Source of the DNA: a virus
Reading direction: 5' to 3' (one strand)
DNA length: 64,000 nucleotides
Virus record (IMG/VR): IMGVR_UViG_3300042898_002099
The notes below the pieces were generated by a model. It had not been told where the DNA came from, did not search any database, and worked only from the letters and a program-made list of their open reading frames with translations. A program made the position numbers and the translations under genes. Positions 15,014 through 24,636 of the stretch are shown here, piece after piece. The stretch's first letter is position 1, and each line of letters starts with the position of its first letter.

Positions 15014-15454
15014 TTAGTTGCACCAACTTTGTTTTGCATCTCCATAATATTCTCTAGCAAATCCGTTTTTAATTAATTCAGACCGCAAACTTGTTCCGTT
15101 TAAAATAATATCACCCAAAATTCTACCACCGAACTTGTCCCAGCCGTATAATATAACTTGATGTTTCTGTGTGCTTGCAATTGCATTTTTTGTAAATGCG
15201 CTAGCTGCTTCTCCTCTTTGTTTTTCGGAATCGCATTGTCCTCTGAATCCTTTTTCTGGAGTGTCGACACCAAAAATACGAACAGCTAATTCAGGCTTTA
15301 ATGGTGGAGGCAAATATGGTGCAGAAATGACTACAGTGTCACCGTCTGTTGCTCGTATAATTTTAGCATCATATGTTACTCCTTTGGGAGTCTTTTGTGC
15401 ATAAGCTAAAGATGCACAACATAAAAATGTGAGTGTTAGTAATAATTTTTTCAT
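15014..15454 (-). CDS. Staphylococcal nuclease (SNase)-like protein with signal peptide
   Basis: DGDT, RIFGVDTPE, DKFGGRILG; MKKLLL..AYA signal. Confidence 0.85.
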   Translation of the reverse strand: MKKLLLTLTFLCCASLAYAQKTPKGVTYDAKIIRATDGDTVVISAPYLPPPLKPELAVRIFGVDTPEKGFRGQCDSEKQRGEAASAFTKNAIASTQKHQVILYGWDKFGGRILGDIILNGTSLRSELIKNGFAREYYGDAKQSWCN

Positions 15455-17943
15455 CCGAATAATCCTTCTAAAGTTGCTTGCGGCTTTGCCGACCAACCAA
15501 TACCATCTAAAATTGTGTTCATGGGTTCCAAGAATGATTTCTCAAACATTGTCTCATAATCAGCATATTTTAATAAATCAAATTCGGCAGGAATGACACT
15601 AGTAAAAGCTATACAGTTTTCGCCGATGGTATTTGGTTCTTTTAAATAAATGAATTTGATCTTATCGCCTTCTTTGATTCTCTCATATTTTTTACTCAAA
15701 TCATATTTGTCTAAATAAAAATTATAGAGCAGAGCTCCCCTTACGTGCATAGGGGTTGCTTGTTTATATATATTTGCCCTGTCAGTATATTTATCTAACC
15801 CATTAACACCCCTGGGGAAAGATATGTCTTCAGGTTTCATCTTTCTATATTCTGCTTGAAAGTTTCTAATATATTCTTGTATCTTATCTTCTGTAGATGT
15901 CAGAGCAAGTTTAACAGCTTTTCGCAGACCTTCTCTAATAGGTTCGGGAGTAGATGACCTAACAATCTCCAATCCCATAACCTTTAATTTTGGTTCTGCG
16001 TATTTTACACCTTCATTATTATAAACATTCAGAGCGTATCGTTTCTTGGCAACCCATACCCCGGTTTCCGCAATCGCTTCTCGCTTGAAGTAAATCTTTT
16101 TATCAAATGCATTAGTATATTCTGCCATTTCATTACAGACTTTGTTCAATACTTCTTGAATCTTTGCTTCACACACTTGATCCAAAATATCTACAATTTT
16201 ATCTGGCGATTGATTCTTATAGAACTTCTCAACCAAAGGAGCAAATGTAACATAACAAGAGTCTGTATCTGAATAAAAGGAATAATTGTAATCTGTTGTA
16301 CCACATACTTTATTCAAATAAGCATTCAAAGCAACACCGACCTTCTGAATAATATATTGTCCTGTTAGAGTAATACCTTCAGCAATATTGTCATCATAAA
16401 ATCTAAAGAATTCATTTGCCATTGCTCCGAATAATGAATTCATCTGAATCTTTCGAGCCATCTGAAAATTATTATACTTCGAAATCTCTTTTTGCCAAAT
16501 AGGATCTTTTGTTTCCTCATATTTGGATTGCGCTACCAACATCAATTTTTTATATTGTGTTCGATCGTTAAACAATTTCTGAACAATCTCAGGAAATACA
16601 CCTTGCTTTGTTCTGGTAAAACATCTACCATTTGCCGCCATACAATAATCTTTATTTGTTAGATCAGATGTATCCTCTTTGCCTGCAAGAAGATCTTTCA
16701 TTTGCACATCAAAGTATTTAGAATCTTTAACAAGAGTTTCTGGTGACATATTATATTGCATAATAATACTAGGATACAAACTTGTCGCATCAAAAGACAC
16801 TACCCAATTATATTTGCCTGGTCTTGGTTCTTGCACATACGCACCTGCAATATTTCTACCTGCCTTGTGCTCTCTCTGATGAACAATAATGTTTTTCTTG
16901 AGTAGTTGATTATACAAAATACAATCCCAAGTTCTTACTGCAGAAAAAATATCTACATAATTACATTTAGCATCATACGCCATTGTCATAATCAATTCAA
17001 TAAGACGCATCTTATCTTCAAGTCGATCTACAAGTTCGCAGTCAATGACGTTATACTCTACAAACTTTTGCCAATTGCCTTTGTAGAATGCGGTAAAAGA
17101 ATCAAACTCATCATACGATAATTTTTCTCTGCCCAATTCTACTTTGGCAATGTGATCCAATTTATATGTTTCTTGCGCAGTATAAGTAAACTTTTTATAC
17201 AAATCCAAATAGTCAAGAACAGCAATACCTAGAATTTCAAAAGCAACGCTTTCTTTTTTCATTCTGGTGATTCGTTTTTCGTTAACTACTTTCCAGGGAG
17301 AAATTCGTTTTAAATAATCTTCACCCAACATCTTGTAGATTCGATTACACAGATATGGAATATCGAAAAATTCCACATTCCAACCTGTAATAATATGAGG
17401 GTGATCCTCATTGATATATTCTACAAATTGTTTTAATAGATCAACTTCGTCATCGCAATGAATGTATGTGTGTCTGTCGTTTACTTTTTCACAAGCATGC
17501 ACACCAAAAGTAGTTACTCGCTTTGTTTGATAATCTTGAATAGAGATTAGCAGTATCTGTTCTTGCGGGTTCGTAACATCAGGGAATCCTAGATCGGCAG
17601 TGGTCTCAATGTCAATTGTCCAAATATTAATTTGAGAAATGTCAAATTCTACATCGTCTTTAAAGGCAGAAGATATATATTGATATGCATAGTTTGTGTT
17701 GCCGAAAATAGGAAAGTTCTCAACTTCTTTATATCTAGACACATAATCTTTAGCCTCATTGATACTTTCGAATTTAATTTCGCCTAGTGGCTGACCAAAA
17801 AGAGATTTATACTTTGATTCGACTGCAGATTTAACGAACAAAGATGGTTTAAACGGCACTTTATCTTGTACTTTATGTCCATTATTTACCCCACGTACAA
17901 GGATATTGTTTCCGTATTGGTTGACACTAGTATAAAATTTCAT
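15451..17943 (-). CDS. 43: Family B DNA polymerase (T4 gp43)
   Basis: DIET exonuclease, SFDATSLYPSII, KIQMNSLFG, YSDTDS. Confidence 0.97.
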   Translation of the reverse strand: MKFYTSVNQYGNNILVRGVNNGHKVQDKVPFKPSLFVKSAVESKYKSLFGQPLGEIKFESINEAKDYVSRYKEVENFPIFGNTNYAYQYISSAFKDDVEFDISQINIWTIDIETTADLGFPDVTNPQEQILLISIQDYQTKRVTTFGVHACEKVNDRHTYIHCDDEVDLLKQFVEYINEDHPHIITGWNVEFFDIPYLCNRIYKMLGEDYLKRISPWKVVNEKRITRMKKESVAFEILGIAVLDYLDLYKKFTYTAQETYKLDHIAKVELGREKLSYDEFDSFTAFYKGNWQKFVEYNVIDCELVDRLEDKMRLIELIMTMAYDAKCNYVDIFSAVRTWDCILYNQLLKKNIIVHQREHKAGRNIAGAYVQEPRPGKYNWVVSFDATSLYPSIIMQYNMSPETLVKDSKYFDVQMKDLLAGKEDTSDLTNKDYCMAANGRCFTRTKQGVFPEIVQKLFNDRTQYKKLMLVAQSKYEETKDPIWQKEISKYNNFQMARKIQMNSLFGAMANEFFRFYDDNIAEGITLTGQYIIQKVGVALNAYLNKVCGTTDYNYSFYSDTDSCYVTFAPLVEKFYKNQSPDKIVDILDQVCEAKIQEVLNKVCNEMAEYTNAFDKKIYFKREAIAETGVWVAKKRYALNVYNNEGVKYAEPKLKVMGLEIVRSSTPEPIREGLRKAVKLALTSTEDKIQEYIRNFQAEYRKMKPEDISFPRGVNGLDKYTDRANIYKQATPMHVRGALLYNFYLDKYDLSKKYERIKEGDKIKFIYLKEPNTIGENCIAFTSVIPAEFDLLKYADYETMFEKSFLEPMNTILDGIGWSAKPQATLEGLFG

Positions 17944-17959
17944 GAGACATTCCTAAAGG

Positions 17960-17967
17960 CATAAATA
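17960..17967 (+). promoter_or_regulatory. Late promoter variant CATAAATA for the plus-strand island
   Basis: 7 of 8 match, upstream of 18032. Confidence 0.6.
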
Positions 17968-17975
17968 ATATAGCA

Positions 17976-18004
17976 ATTATAATATGTATCAGGAGATAAA
18001 TCAA
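17976..18004 (-). promoter_or_regulatory. Sigma70-type promoter for gp43
   Basis: TTGATT-N17-TATAAT. Confidence 0.7.
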
Positions 18005-18031
18005 TAGAAAATCAATAAAAAGGATAAAAAA

Positions 18032-19252
18032 ATGTTATACAAAAAGGTTGCTGCAATGGCACTTTTTGTTATGATGTTTGGAACCGTATCGGCTCAAACG
18101 ACAAGTGGAACTTCTAGCACAACTGGAGGAACAACGACAGGGACTACAAGTCTCATAAATCAGGGAACATACGATAGTAAAACGTTGGTAGATACCAACA
18201 GCACTTCAAATAGTGTCAGTACAGTTAATAGCAATAGCAATGCTACAAGCAACAGCAATGCTACAAGCAATTCAACTGTTAATAGCACTAGCGTTAATAC
18301 GAACAACAATAACAACGCAAGCACTAGCACATCCACGAACGTCAATACGAACAATAACGTAAATAGTGGCACTCAGACGTTAAACAATAACAACGTTAAC
18401 TCTGGCACTTTGACATACAATAATAACAATGTCAATACCGGAACGATGACGAACAATAACAATAACGTCAATACAACGACTAGTAATAACGTCAATAGAA
18501 ACGAAAATGTTAATAGTGGAACCCAAACGTTCAACAACAATAACAATAGCGTCAGTACATCTACCAATATTAATAAAAATGAAAATACTGGCACAATGAC
18601 GTATAACAACAACAACGTATCAACTAGTGATAATAAAAATATAAACGTCAATACAACGACTAGCAACAACGTGAATAAGAATGAAAATACTGGCACAATG
18701 ACGAACAATAACAATAACGTCAATGCGTCAACTAGCACTAGCACAAACGTGAATCAAAATGCTAATGTGAATCAGAACATCAATTCTGGTGATATGACTA
18801 ACCGTAACATCAATGAAACCACAATTACTCAGCGTGTGATTCAACCTCCACCCACTGCTGTAGCACCCGCAATGATGAGTGGTGGTAATAATGATTTGTG
18901 TTCAACTGGTTCATCTGGTTCTGTACAGACTCAAATCTTTGGCGTATCTTCCGGTGGCACTATCAGAGACTTGAATTGTGAACGATTAAAATTATCTAAG
19001 ACTCTTTTTGATATGGGTATGAAGGTAGCCGCAGTTGCTACTATGTGTCAAGATAGAAGAGTGTTTGATGCTATGATGGCGGCTGGCACACCTTGCCCAT
19101 ATGATGGCAAAATAGGTGAACAGGCAAAAACAGCATGGGAAGAAAATAAAGATAAAATACCTCAATTAGAAAAAGAGAACAAATATGAAACTGCTAAAAA
19201 CATTGGGCTTGGCTCTTTGCTTGGCGTTCTCGTTCACGCCGCTTTTAAGTAA
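18032..19252 (+). CDS. Secreted protein with Asn/Thr-rich repeats and a Cys-containing C-terminal domain
   Basis: Signal peptide (..VSA-Q), repeats [S/T]GTxTxNNNNV, four Cys in the C-terminal domain. Confidence 0.8.
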   Translation: MLYKKVAAMALFVMMFGTVSAQTTSGTSSTTGGTTTGTTSLINQGTYDSKTLVDTNSTSNSVSTVNSNSNATSNSNATSNSTVNSTSVNTNNNNNASTSTSTNVNTNNNVNSGTQTLNNNNVNSGTLTYNNNNVNTGTMTNNNNNVNTTTSNNVNRNENVNSGTQTFNNNNNSVSTSTNINKNENTGTMTYNNNNVSTSDNKNINVNTTTSNNVNKNENTGTMTNNNNNVNASTSTSTNVNQNANVNQNINSGDMTNRNINETTITQRVIQPPPTAVAPAMMSGGNNDLCSTGSSGSVQTQIFGVSSGGTIRDLNCERLKLSKTLFDMGMKVAAVATMCQDRRVFDAMMAAGTPCPYDGKIGEQAKTAWEENKDKIPQLEKENKYETAKNIGLGSLLGVLVHAAFK

Positions 19253-21023
19253 ATCACAAACACTAGACCCAACGCAGGTTTACAATACGGGGAATATTGT
19301 ATTGAATACTCCTCAAGGTGGACCTACGCCTTGGGTTGGTGGTGTTTATCAAGACAATCTAACTTGTTGGGGGCAACAGGGTGATACGGGATACTGTGGA
19401 CCGAATGCTATCGTGCGTCCGGGAGGCAACATCAACTTCTCTTATGGTTCAACATATCTGTATCAACAACAGCATATTTCAACATTACTACCTTCTGCTA
19501 CGGGACTTCAAGTCAATGGATATAATTTTGGATTTACTGCAAAGAATGGTAATGGTTGGGATGATGGTCGTGTCGACCAACTGACAGCACTTGTTCGCTT
19601 TTGGGATAACACTAATGGTAGAGCCGCAAATAATTTACTGTATGGTAACTCTTGGAATCTATCTTACAAATACAATTGGACAGATTTTAATTTTGGGGAA
19701 ACATTCACGAAACCTTTGGCGGTGACTTCTATAGGTCAAGTGCAGTATGGATTTATCGGTAGAGACAATAACTTTTGGGCAGGACCATATGGACCAGAAG
19801 TCTACAATGTTAATTTCAGTTTGAAATATTCTGTAGACCCATGTGCAACTAATCCAATGTATAGTCCAACTTGTCCTGGATATTTGGATGCATTAAATAA
19901 ATTACTGCCGAAGACTACAACACCATCCACAATAACAGATACAACACCATCAGGAACTATAACAATCATTGATAATGTCGCAATATCGCCAACTGGAACT
20001 TATGGCGGTGGGCCTCCTCCGCCACCTGGAAGTCCTCCGCCCCCTGAAGGTTTACCGCCACCACCGCCGCCATCAGGTCCTGCACTCATGGGGGCACCAG
20101 CACCAGCATCGCAAGTTGCATCTACACAACCTGCACCAAACGGGCAACAAACTAAAGTAGGTGAAGTGTCCGATTCTTCAGGCGGTTCAAAATCAACAGT
20201 ATCTCTGTCGTCAGTTCTTAATATGATTGGTTCTAATCAAGAAAAGACTGCGGCACTAGAAAAATCTGTAGTGCAAGCGGCTGATGCGCAAGCATTTTCT
20301 GCGGGTGAGACTGCTAAACAACAAGCAGAAAAAATTGCAGGTGATGTACAGTCGCAGAGCATTGCAAATAGTGGCGGTTCATCACAAACAGGAACATCAC
20401 TATCGGCAGGTACACAATCGGTCACACAATTGCAAGGGGCATCTGTATCAATGCAAGGCAATCAACAGGGAAACTCCGCATCAAACTCTGCGAGACTTCA
20501 ACAGTCTATCAATAGTGGTAGCATGGGTATGCAGTCCGATACAATCACTTCTAACGTAACAACTCAGCAACAGCAATACAATATTCAAAACACTACAAGA
20601 CAAGAGTTTAATGTTGCAATGGTAACACCACAAGTGTCGTACAGTTTAGTTGCACCGACAAGATATGCACCAGTTCAAATTGAATTGCCAACGACAGAAG
20701 GAATAAAATTTGGATATAAAGGTCCAGTTGACAATGCTATGGATTCTAAATCATTCTTAACACAAATGGATAATGGCTCGCAGCAGAATGATACAGTTAA
20801 AAAGAACGTGCAAAACAATGAAGCCGCAGGAAATGTAACTATCGAATCAATTGCGAAACAACCCGCAAATTATGCACAATATTTTACTGCGATTCCAGAT
20901 GTTGCATTCTATACACCAAAAGAAATTTATAAGAATCAAAAGACTGTAGACAATGCAAGAGCATTAAGACAATTAAGTTCTGATAAGTTACATCAAGACA
21001 TGGTCAATCAACAATACAAATAA
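19185..21023 (+). CDS. Secreted protein with Pro-rich linker and Ser/Gln-rich region
   Basis: N-terminal signal, DPCATNPMYSPTCPGY motif, poly-Pro. Confidence 0.8.
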   Translation: MKLLKTLGLALCLAFSFTPLLSKSQTLDPTQVYNTGNIVLNTPQGGPTPWVGGVYQDNLTCWGQQGDTGYCGPNAIVRPGGNINFSYGSTYLYQQQHISTLLPSATGLQVNGYNFGFTAKNGNGWDDGRVDQLTALVRFWDNTNGRAANNLLYGNSWNLSYKYNWTDFNFGETFTKPLAVTSIGQVQYGFIGRDNNFWAGPYGPEVYNVNFSLKYSVDPCATNPMYSPTCPGYLDALNKLLPKTTTPSTITDTTPSGTITIIDNVAISPTGTYGGGPPPPPGSPPPPEGLPPPPPPSGPALMGAPAPASQVASTQPAPNGQQTKVGEVSDSSGGSKSTVSLSSVLNMIGSNQEKTAALEKSVVQAADAQAFSAGETAKQQAEKIAGDVQSQSIANSGGSSQTGTSLSAGTQSVTQLQGASVSMQGNQQGNSASNSARLQQSINSGSMGMQSDTITSNVTTQQQQYNIQNTTRQEFNVAMVTPQVSYSLVAPTRYAPVQIELPTTEGIKFGYKGPVDNAMDSKSFLTQMDNGSQQNDTVKKNVQNNEAAGNVTIESIAKQPANYAQYFTAIPDVAFYTPKEIYKNQKTVDNARALRQLSSDKLHQDMVNQQYK

Positions 21024-21024
21024 T

Positions 21025-21117
21025 ATGGACCAAGAAGAATATATCTATCAATTAGTGTGTGGCATTTTACTAGTTGTATCTTTAATTGGTATCGCATGTT
21101 ATCTAATTTTAAAATAA
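21025..21117 (+). CDS. Small single-TM protein (30 aa)
   Basis: MDQEEYIYQLVCGILLVVSLIGIACYLILK. Confidence 0.55.
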   Translation: MDQEEYIYQLVCGILLVVSLIGIACYLILK

Positions 21118-21130
21118 ACTAGGAGAAAAA

Positions 21131-21718
21131 ATGACAGAAGAAATTAAAAACGTAAACGCTAAGATTGACGAAGCAGAAGCGGCAGTTAAGAAGTATGCAA
21201 GTAAAGATACTGTTATTAGTGTTGGTGGATATGAATTCACGCCTGCAAAATTAATGGTCGCTGCTACTATTGTGTCATCTATACTAGGTGGTTTATACGG
21301 TACATTTGAAGTATATAAAGATTACGTTGGTATGAAGAAAAAGATTGCATCATACGAAGCACCGGATTTATCAGGGTTTGATAAACGTCTAGCTGTTATA
21401 GAAGAAAACAGTTCTAAAACATCTGACTATACTCGAGACATTAAGACTGATCTAAAGAATGATATACGTCGTAATGAAACAGTCACTGAACAGGTAGAGC
21501 GGGGTGTAAAACAAGCTCAAAGAGAGACGGAGCAAGAAATGCGCCAGGCTCGTAAAGATATTCGTGAAGATTTAGATAAAGCTAGAGGAGAAGTAAATGC
21601 TATTCGTAAAGAAATGGCGGATGCTCGTAAAGAAATATCTAGAGAAGTTGAAGTGTTAAAGAAAGAAGTCGACGCTAAGATTCAAAAAGCTGTTGATAAC
21701 CCACTGGCAAACAAATAA
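21131..21718 (+). CDS. Membrane-anchored coiled-coil protein
   Basis: One TM then a long heptad region ending DNPLANK; AGGAG SD. Confidence 0.8.
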   Translation: MTEEIKNVNAKIDEAEAAVKKYASKDTVISVGGYEFTPAKLMVAATIVSSILGGLYGTFEVYKDYVGMKKKIASYEAPDLSGFDKRLAVIEENSSKTSDYTRDIKTDLKNDIRRNETVTEQVERGVKQAQRETEQEMRQARKDIREDLDKARGEVNAIRKEMADARKEISREVEVLKKEVDAKIQKAVDNPLANK

Positions 21719-21858
21719 TGTTTGCTACTGCTCTAGCCCTTTATATGTACGCTAAACAGCCCGAGTGTATCAGGTGGACTTGGAGCGGAGATGTATACAG
21801 TAGAAAAGTGGTTTGTTTAGAATGGCGTAAAAAAGAAAAAGAGGAGAAGAAAAAATGA
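21718..21858 (+). CDS. Small protein (46 aa) with Cys pair
   Basis: MFATALALYMYAKQPECIRWTWSGDVYSRKVVCLEWRKKEKEEKKK; overlaps both neighbours. Confidence 0.65.
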   Translation: MFATALALYMYAKQPECIRWTWSGDVYSRKVVCLEWRKKEKEEKKK

Positions 21859-22352
21859 TAGATCCAATGACAGCACTTGCAGGTATACAATCTGCAATAA
21901 GCATGGTTAAGAAAGCTAGTAAAGTAGCTAACGATCTGGGATCCCTTGCTCCTATGATTGGGAAAATGTTTGATGCTAAGAGTACTGCAACTAAAGCATT
22001 AATTGAGGCCAAAAAATCTAAGAAAGGTTCCAACATGGGAACCGCACTTCAGATTGAAATGGCTTTAGAACAGGCTAGGGCTTTTGAAGAAGAACTAAAG
22101 ATGTTGTTTATGCAGACGGGTAAAATAGATGTCTGGAACAAGATCAAAGCTCGTCAAGCAGAAATGGATGCAGACGATGCTAATGATATAAGAATGTTCA
22201 ACGACCAAGAACGTAAGCGTAAACAAAAAGAAGAAGAGTTAAATGAATGGGCAATGATACTTGGCGGAGCCGCTTTTGTCTTGTTCATATTGTTTATTGG
22301 TGGATATGAACTAATGCAGTTTTGCCAAACAGGTAATAGGTGCGGAAGATGA
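21855..22352 (+). CDS. Hypothetical protein with C-terminal TM
   Basis: MIDPMTALAGIQSAIS N-terminus, C-terminal hydrophobic helix. Confidence 0.8.
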   Translation: MIDPMTALAGIQSAISMVKKASKVANDLGSLAPMIGKMFDAKSTATKALIEAKKSKKGSNMGTALQIEMALEQARAFEEELKMLFMQTGKIDVWNKIKARQAEMDADDANDIRMFNDQERKRKQKEEELNEWAMILGGAAFVLFILFIGGYELMQFCQTGNRCGR

Positions 22353-22501
22353 ACGAATACCAAAAAACATTTGATATGTGCTTAAAAATATTTGTGTATG
22401 GTTGTGTCGCACTATACTTCTTAGGATTTCTTAAATTTCTACCAGACGATTTGTCAGACAAAATAGTCAACGGACTAATAGGTAGATTTTTACCAGGATA
22501 A
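22349..22501 (+). CDS. Small membrane protein (50 aa)
   Basis: MNEYQKTFDMCLKIFVYGCVALYFLGFLKFLPDDLSDKIVNGLIGRFLPG; ATGA overlap. Confidence 0.65.
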   Translation: MNEYQKTFDMCLKIFVYGCVALYFLGFLKFLPDDLSDKIVNGLIGRFLPG

Positions 22502-22509
22502 TATAAATA
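22502..22509 (+). promoter_or_regulatory. T4-type late promoter TATAAATA
   Basis: Exact consensus upstream of 22538. Confidence 0.8.
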
Positions 22510-22537
22510 AAAAAGATTAACAAAGGAGACAGTAAAA

Positions 22538-23128
22538 ATGGCATTAATTGATTCAGTATTAAATTTAATTAACAAACAACCTAAAGACCCGGACGCACCA
22601 AAACCTCCGGTCGGATCTCGTAGCGAACGCGAAGCAAAATTAAAAGATAAAGCCGGTATGGTTATTTCTGTATTTGCATTATTGCTTGCTGTCAATGCTT
22701 GGTATGGTGGTACATTAAGTAGCTTAACATTAGGTAACACAATTAAAGCAAACAACGTCTGGGCATTCTATCAAGCTAAGAGCATTAAACAAACTCTAGC
22801 AGAGCAATCATTAGACGATGCTACATATCGTAATGACAAAGAAAAGATGGCTAAACTGCAGGCCAAGATTGATCGTTACGAAAGCGATCCTGCTAGCGGT
22901 GAAGGTAAGAAAGAGTTAATGGAAAAAGCTCGTGTTTTAGAAGCCGAGCGAGATGAGGCTAAGAAACGTAGTCCATGGATTGGATATGCAAGCACTATGT
23001 ACCAATTAAGCATTGTCGTATTATCCGCAAGTATTTTAGCAGTTAGTATGGGGATGTTCTGGGGTAGTTTCTTTGTTGCGGGCTTAGGCATATTGCTTTC
23101 AGCCCAAGGCTTATTCCTTTGGTTCTAA
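22538..23128 (+). CDS. DUF4337-like membrane protein
   Basis: WAFYQAKSIKQ motif, three TM helices. Confidence 0.7.
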   Translation: MALIDSVLNLINKQPKDPDAPKPPVGSRSEREAKLKDKAGMVISVFALLLAVNAWYGGTLSSLTLGNTIKANNVWAFYQAKSIKQTLAEQSLDDATYRNDKEKMAKLQAKIDRYESDPASGEGKKELMEKARVLEAERDEAKKRSPWIGYASTMYQLSIVVLSASILAVSMGMFWGSFFVAGLGILLSAQGLFLWF

Positions 23129-23130
23129 AA

Positions 23131-23847
23131 ATGAAAACAGAACTACTATTAGAATTTGCAAAAATATCTGCAACTACCTACGACAATCCCGATGCGTCAA
23201 CTGCTAAGTTCAAAGCACTGGGATATAAAATTATTAAATTCTTTAACATTGATGGTGCGCAAGCATACCTGCTAACCAATGGCACAATAACTGTGCTATC
23301 ATTTAGAGGTACCGAAGTAACCGAAAAGTCAGATGTGCTAGCAGACTTGAAGTCTGGTAAGAACATTGAAGCCTGCGGTGGCAAAGTACACGTAGGTTTT
23401 AAAGGTGAGATCAACAAGATATGGCCCAGTATCTCTAAAGAGTTAGAAGACAATCCAGGCAATATCTATGTAACTGGGCACAGTCTCGGTGCTGCTATGG
23501 CTACTATCGCCGCTAGCCGCATACAAGATCGCGTAACTGCATTAATAACATTTGGAAGTCCTAGAGTTGGCAATGGCGAGTTTGTCAAGAGCTTAACTGT
23601 AGACCACTATAGAGTACAGAACAACTGCGATGATGTAACCAAAGTCCCATTTAGACTTATGGGATTTAGACATCATGGAACTCATATGTATATGAATTTT
23701 TATGGCAAGTTTAGAGATCTAACCCCGTGGCAGCGAGTAAAAGACATGGCTCGCAGTAGACTTCGAGCCAGAGCAAAAGGACAAAAGTTTATTGGTGTGT
23801 TTGATCACCTGATGGCCAACTACATTAGTAAATTAGAAAAACAGTAA
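23131..23847 (+). CDS. Lipase class 3
   Basis: SFRGT, VHVGF, TGHSLG, TFGSPRVG, DDVTKVP. Confidence 0.9.
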   Translation: MKTELLLEFAKISATTYDNPDASTAKFKALGYKIIKFFNIDGAQAYLLTNGTITVLSFRGTEVTEKSDVLADLKSGKNIEACGGKVHVGFKGEINKIWPSISKELEDNPGNIYVTGHSLGAAMATIAASRIQDRVTALITFGSPRVGNGEFVKSLTVDHYRVQNNCDDVTKVPFRLMGFRHHGTHMYMNFYGKFRDLTPWQRVKDMARSRLRARAKGQKFIGVFDHLMANYISKLEKQ

Positions 23848-23865
23848 ATTTTAAAAACTATACAT

Positions 23866-23890
23866 AAAAAATGGCGGGTACCCCGCCATT
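23866..23890. terminator. Terminator between convergent units
   Basis: AAAAAATGGCGGG-TAC-CCCGCCATT. Confidence 0.75.
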
Positions 23891-23902
23891 CCTATCTTAG
23901 CA

Positions 23903-24223
23903 TTAAGGTGCTTTAGGTATAGTCCTTGGTCTAGGAATATCCCCTGACACAATCTGAATACCTGTGCCAAAGATTGCATTGTATTGATTATATACATCAT
24001 CTTGTAGTTCTGCATTCCATACAATAGATCGCTTATCAATATGGATAATGTGATCTTTAGTATATCCCGCATATGGAATCAACGCCATCGAATGTTGGTC
24101 GGGTGTTGATTTAGAATTAACTAACATAACAGCACAAGGCTTTTTAACAATTACTTTGTTTTGTTCATATTTTGTGTCACCGACAATCTCTTCACCGGTA
24201 ACTAATTTAATCACTTCAATCAT
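23903..24223 (-). CDS. Conserved T4-like hypothetical protein (Sm-like)
   Basis: IKLVTGEEIVG...YNAIFGTGI; GGAG SD. Confidence 0.7.
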   Translation of the reverse strand: MIEVIKLVTGEEIVGDTKYEQNKVIVKKPCAVMLVNSKSTPDQHSMALIPYAGYTKDHIIHIDKRSIVWNAELQDDVYNQYNAIFGTGIQIVSGDIPRPRTIPKAP

Positions 24224-24240
24224 TTTCTTCTCCAGTTGTT

Positions 24241-24256
24241 GGGGGCCGAAGCCCCC
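24241..24256 (-). terminator. UUCG hairpin (terminator or stabiliser)
   Basis: GGGGGC-TTCG-GCCCCC without a U tract. Confidence 0.5.
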
Positions 24257-24450
24257 CGTTATTAATACCAAACTCTTATATTTTGCATAGTAGATAAATG
24301 TCTAACTTCTAGCCATTGATCGCAATACTCTATAAAAGATTTTAGTAATTGCTTAGACAAATTAGTCACCTCTGAATTCTAATTTACTTCTTCGTGTGGA
24401 TAATCTTTGTCGTACTTCTTGAACGATTGCTATAAAAGCTTTAATGAATT

Positions 24451-24636
24451 TCATATTAAACCTCTACGCATTAATGTATCTACTCTGTACTGCAAATCTT
24501 TATGATCTACCGCATCTTTTAAATACATTTCAACTTCATCTTGATATGAAGGTTTAAACGCCTTGCTTACCCATGACCAAAAGTCTTTCATCGAAGGAAC
24601 ATGAACTCCTTCAAATTCTTTTAGATCATTGTTCAT
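24451..24636 (-). CDS. DUF3563-like small protein
   Basis: EMYLKDAVDHKDLQYRVDTL. Confidence 0.55.
   Translation of the reverse strand: MNNDLKEFEGVHVPSMKDFWSWVSKAFKPSYQDEVEMYLKDAVDHKDLQYRVDTLMRRGLI

Noticed and set aside
15451-17943. Intein or intron in gp43 (gp41 and UvsW also checked)
   Set aside because: ORFs are continuous and of normal length.
18160-18744. Leu/Val-rich minus-strand ORFs resembling membrane proteins
   Set aside because: Antisense shadows of the Asn/Thr repeats.
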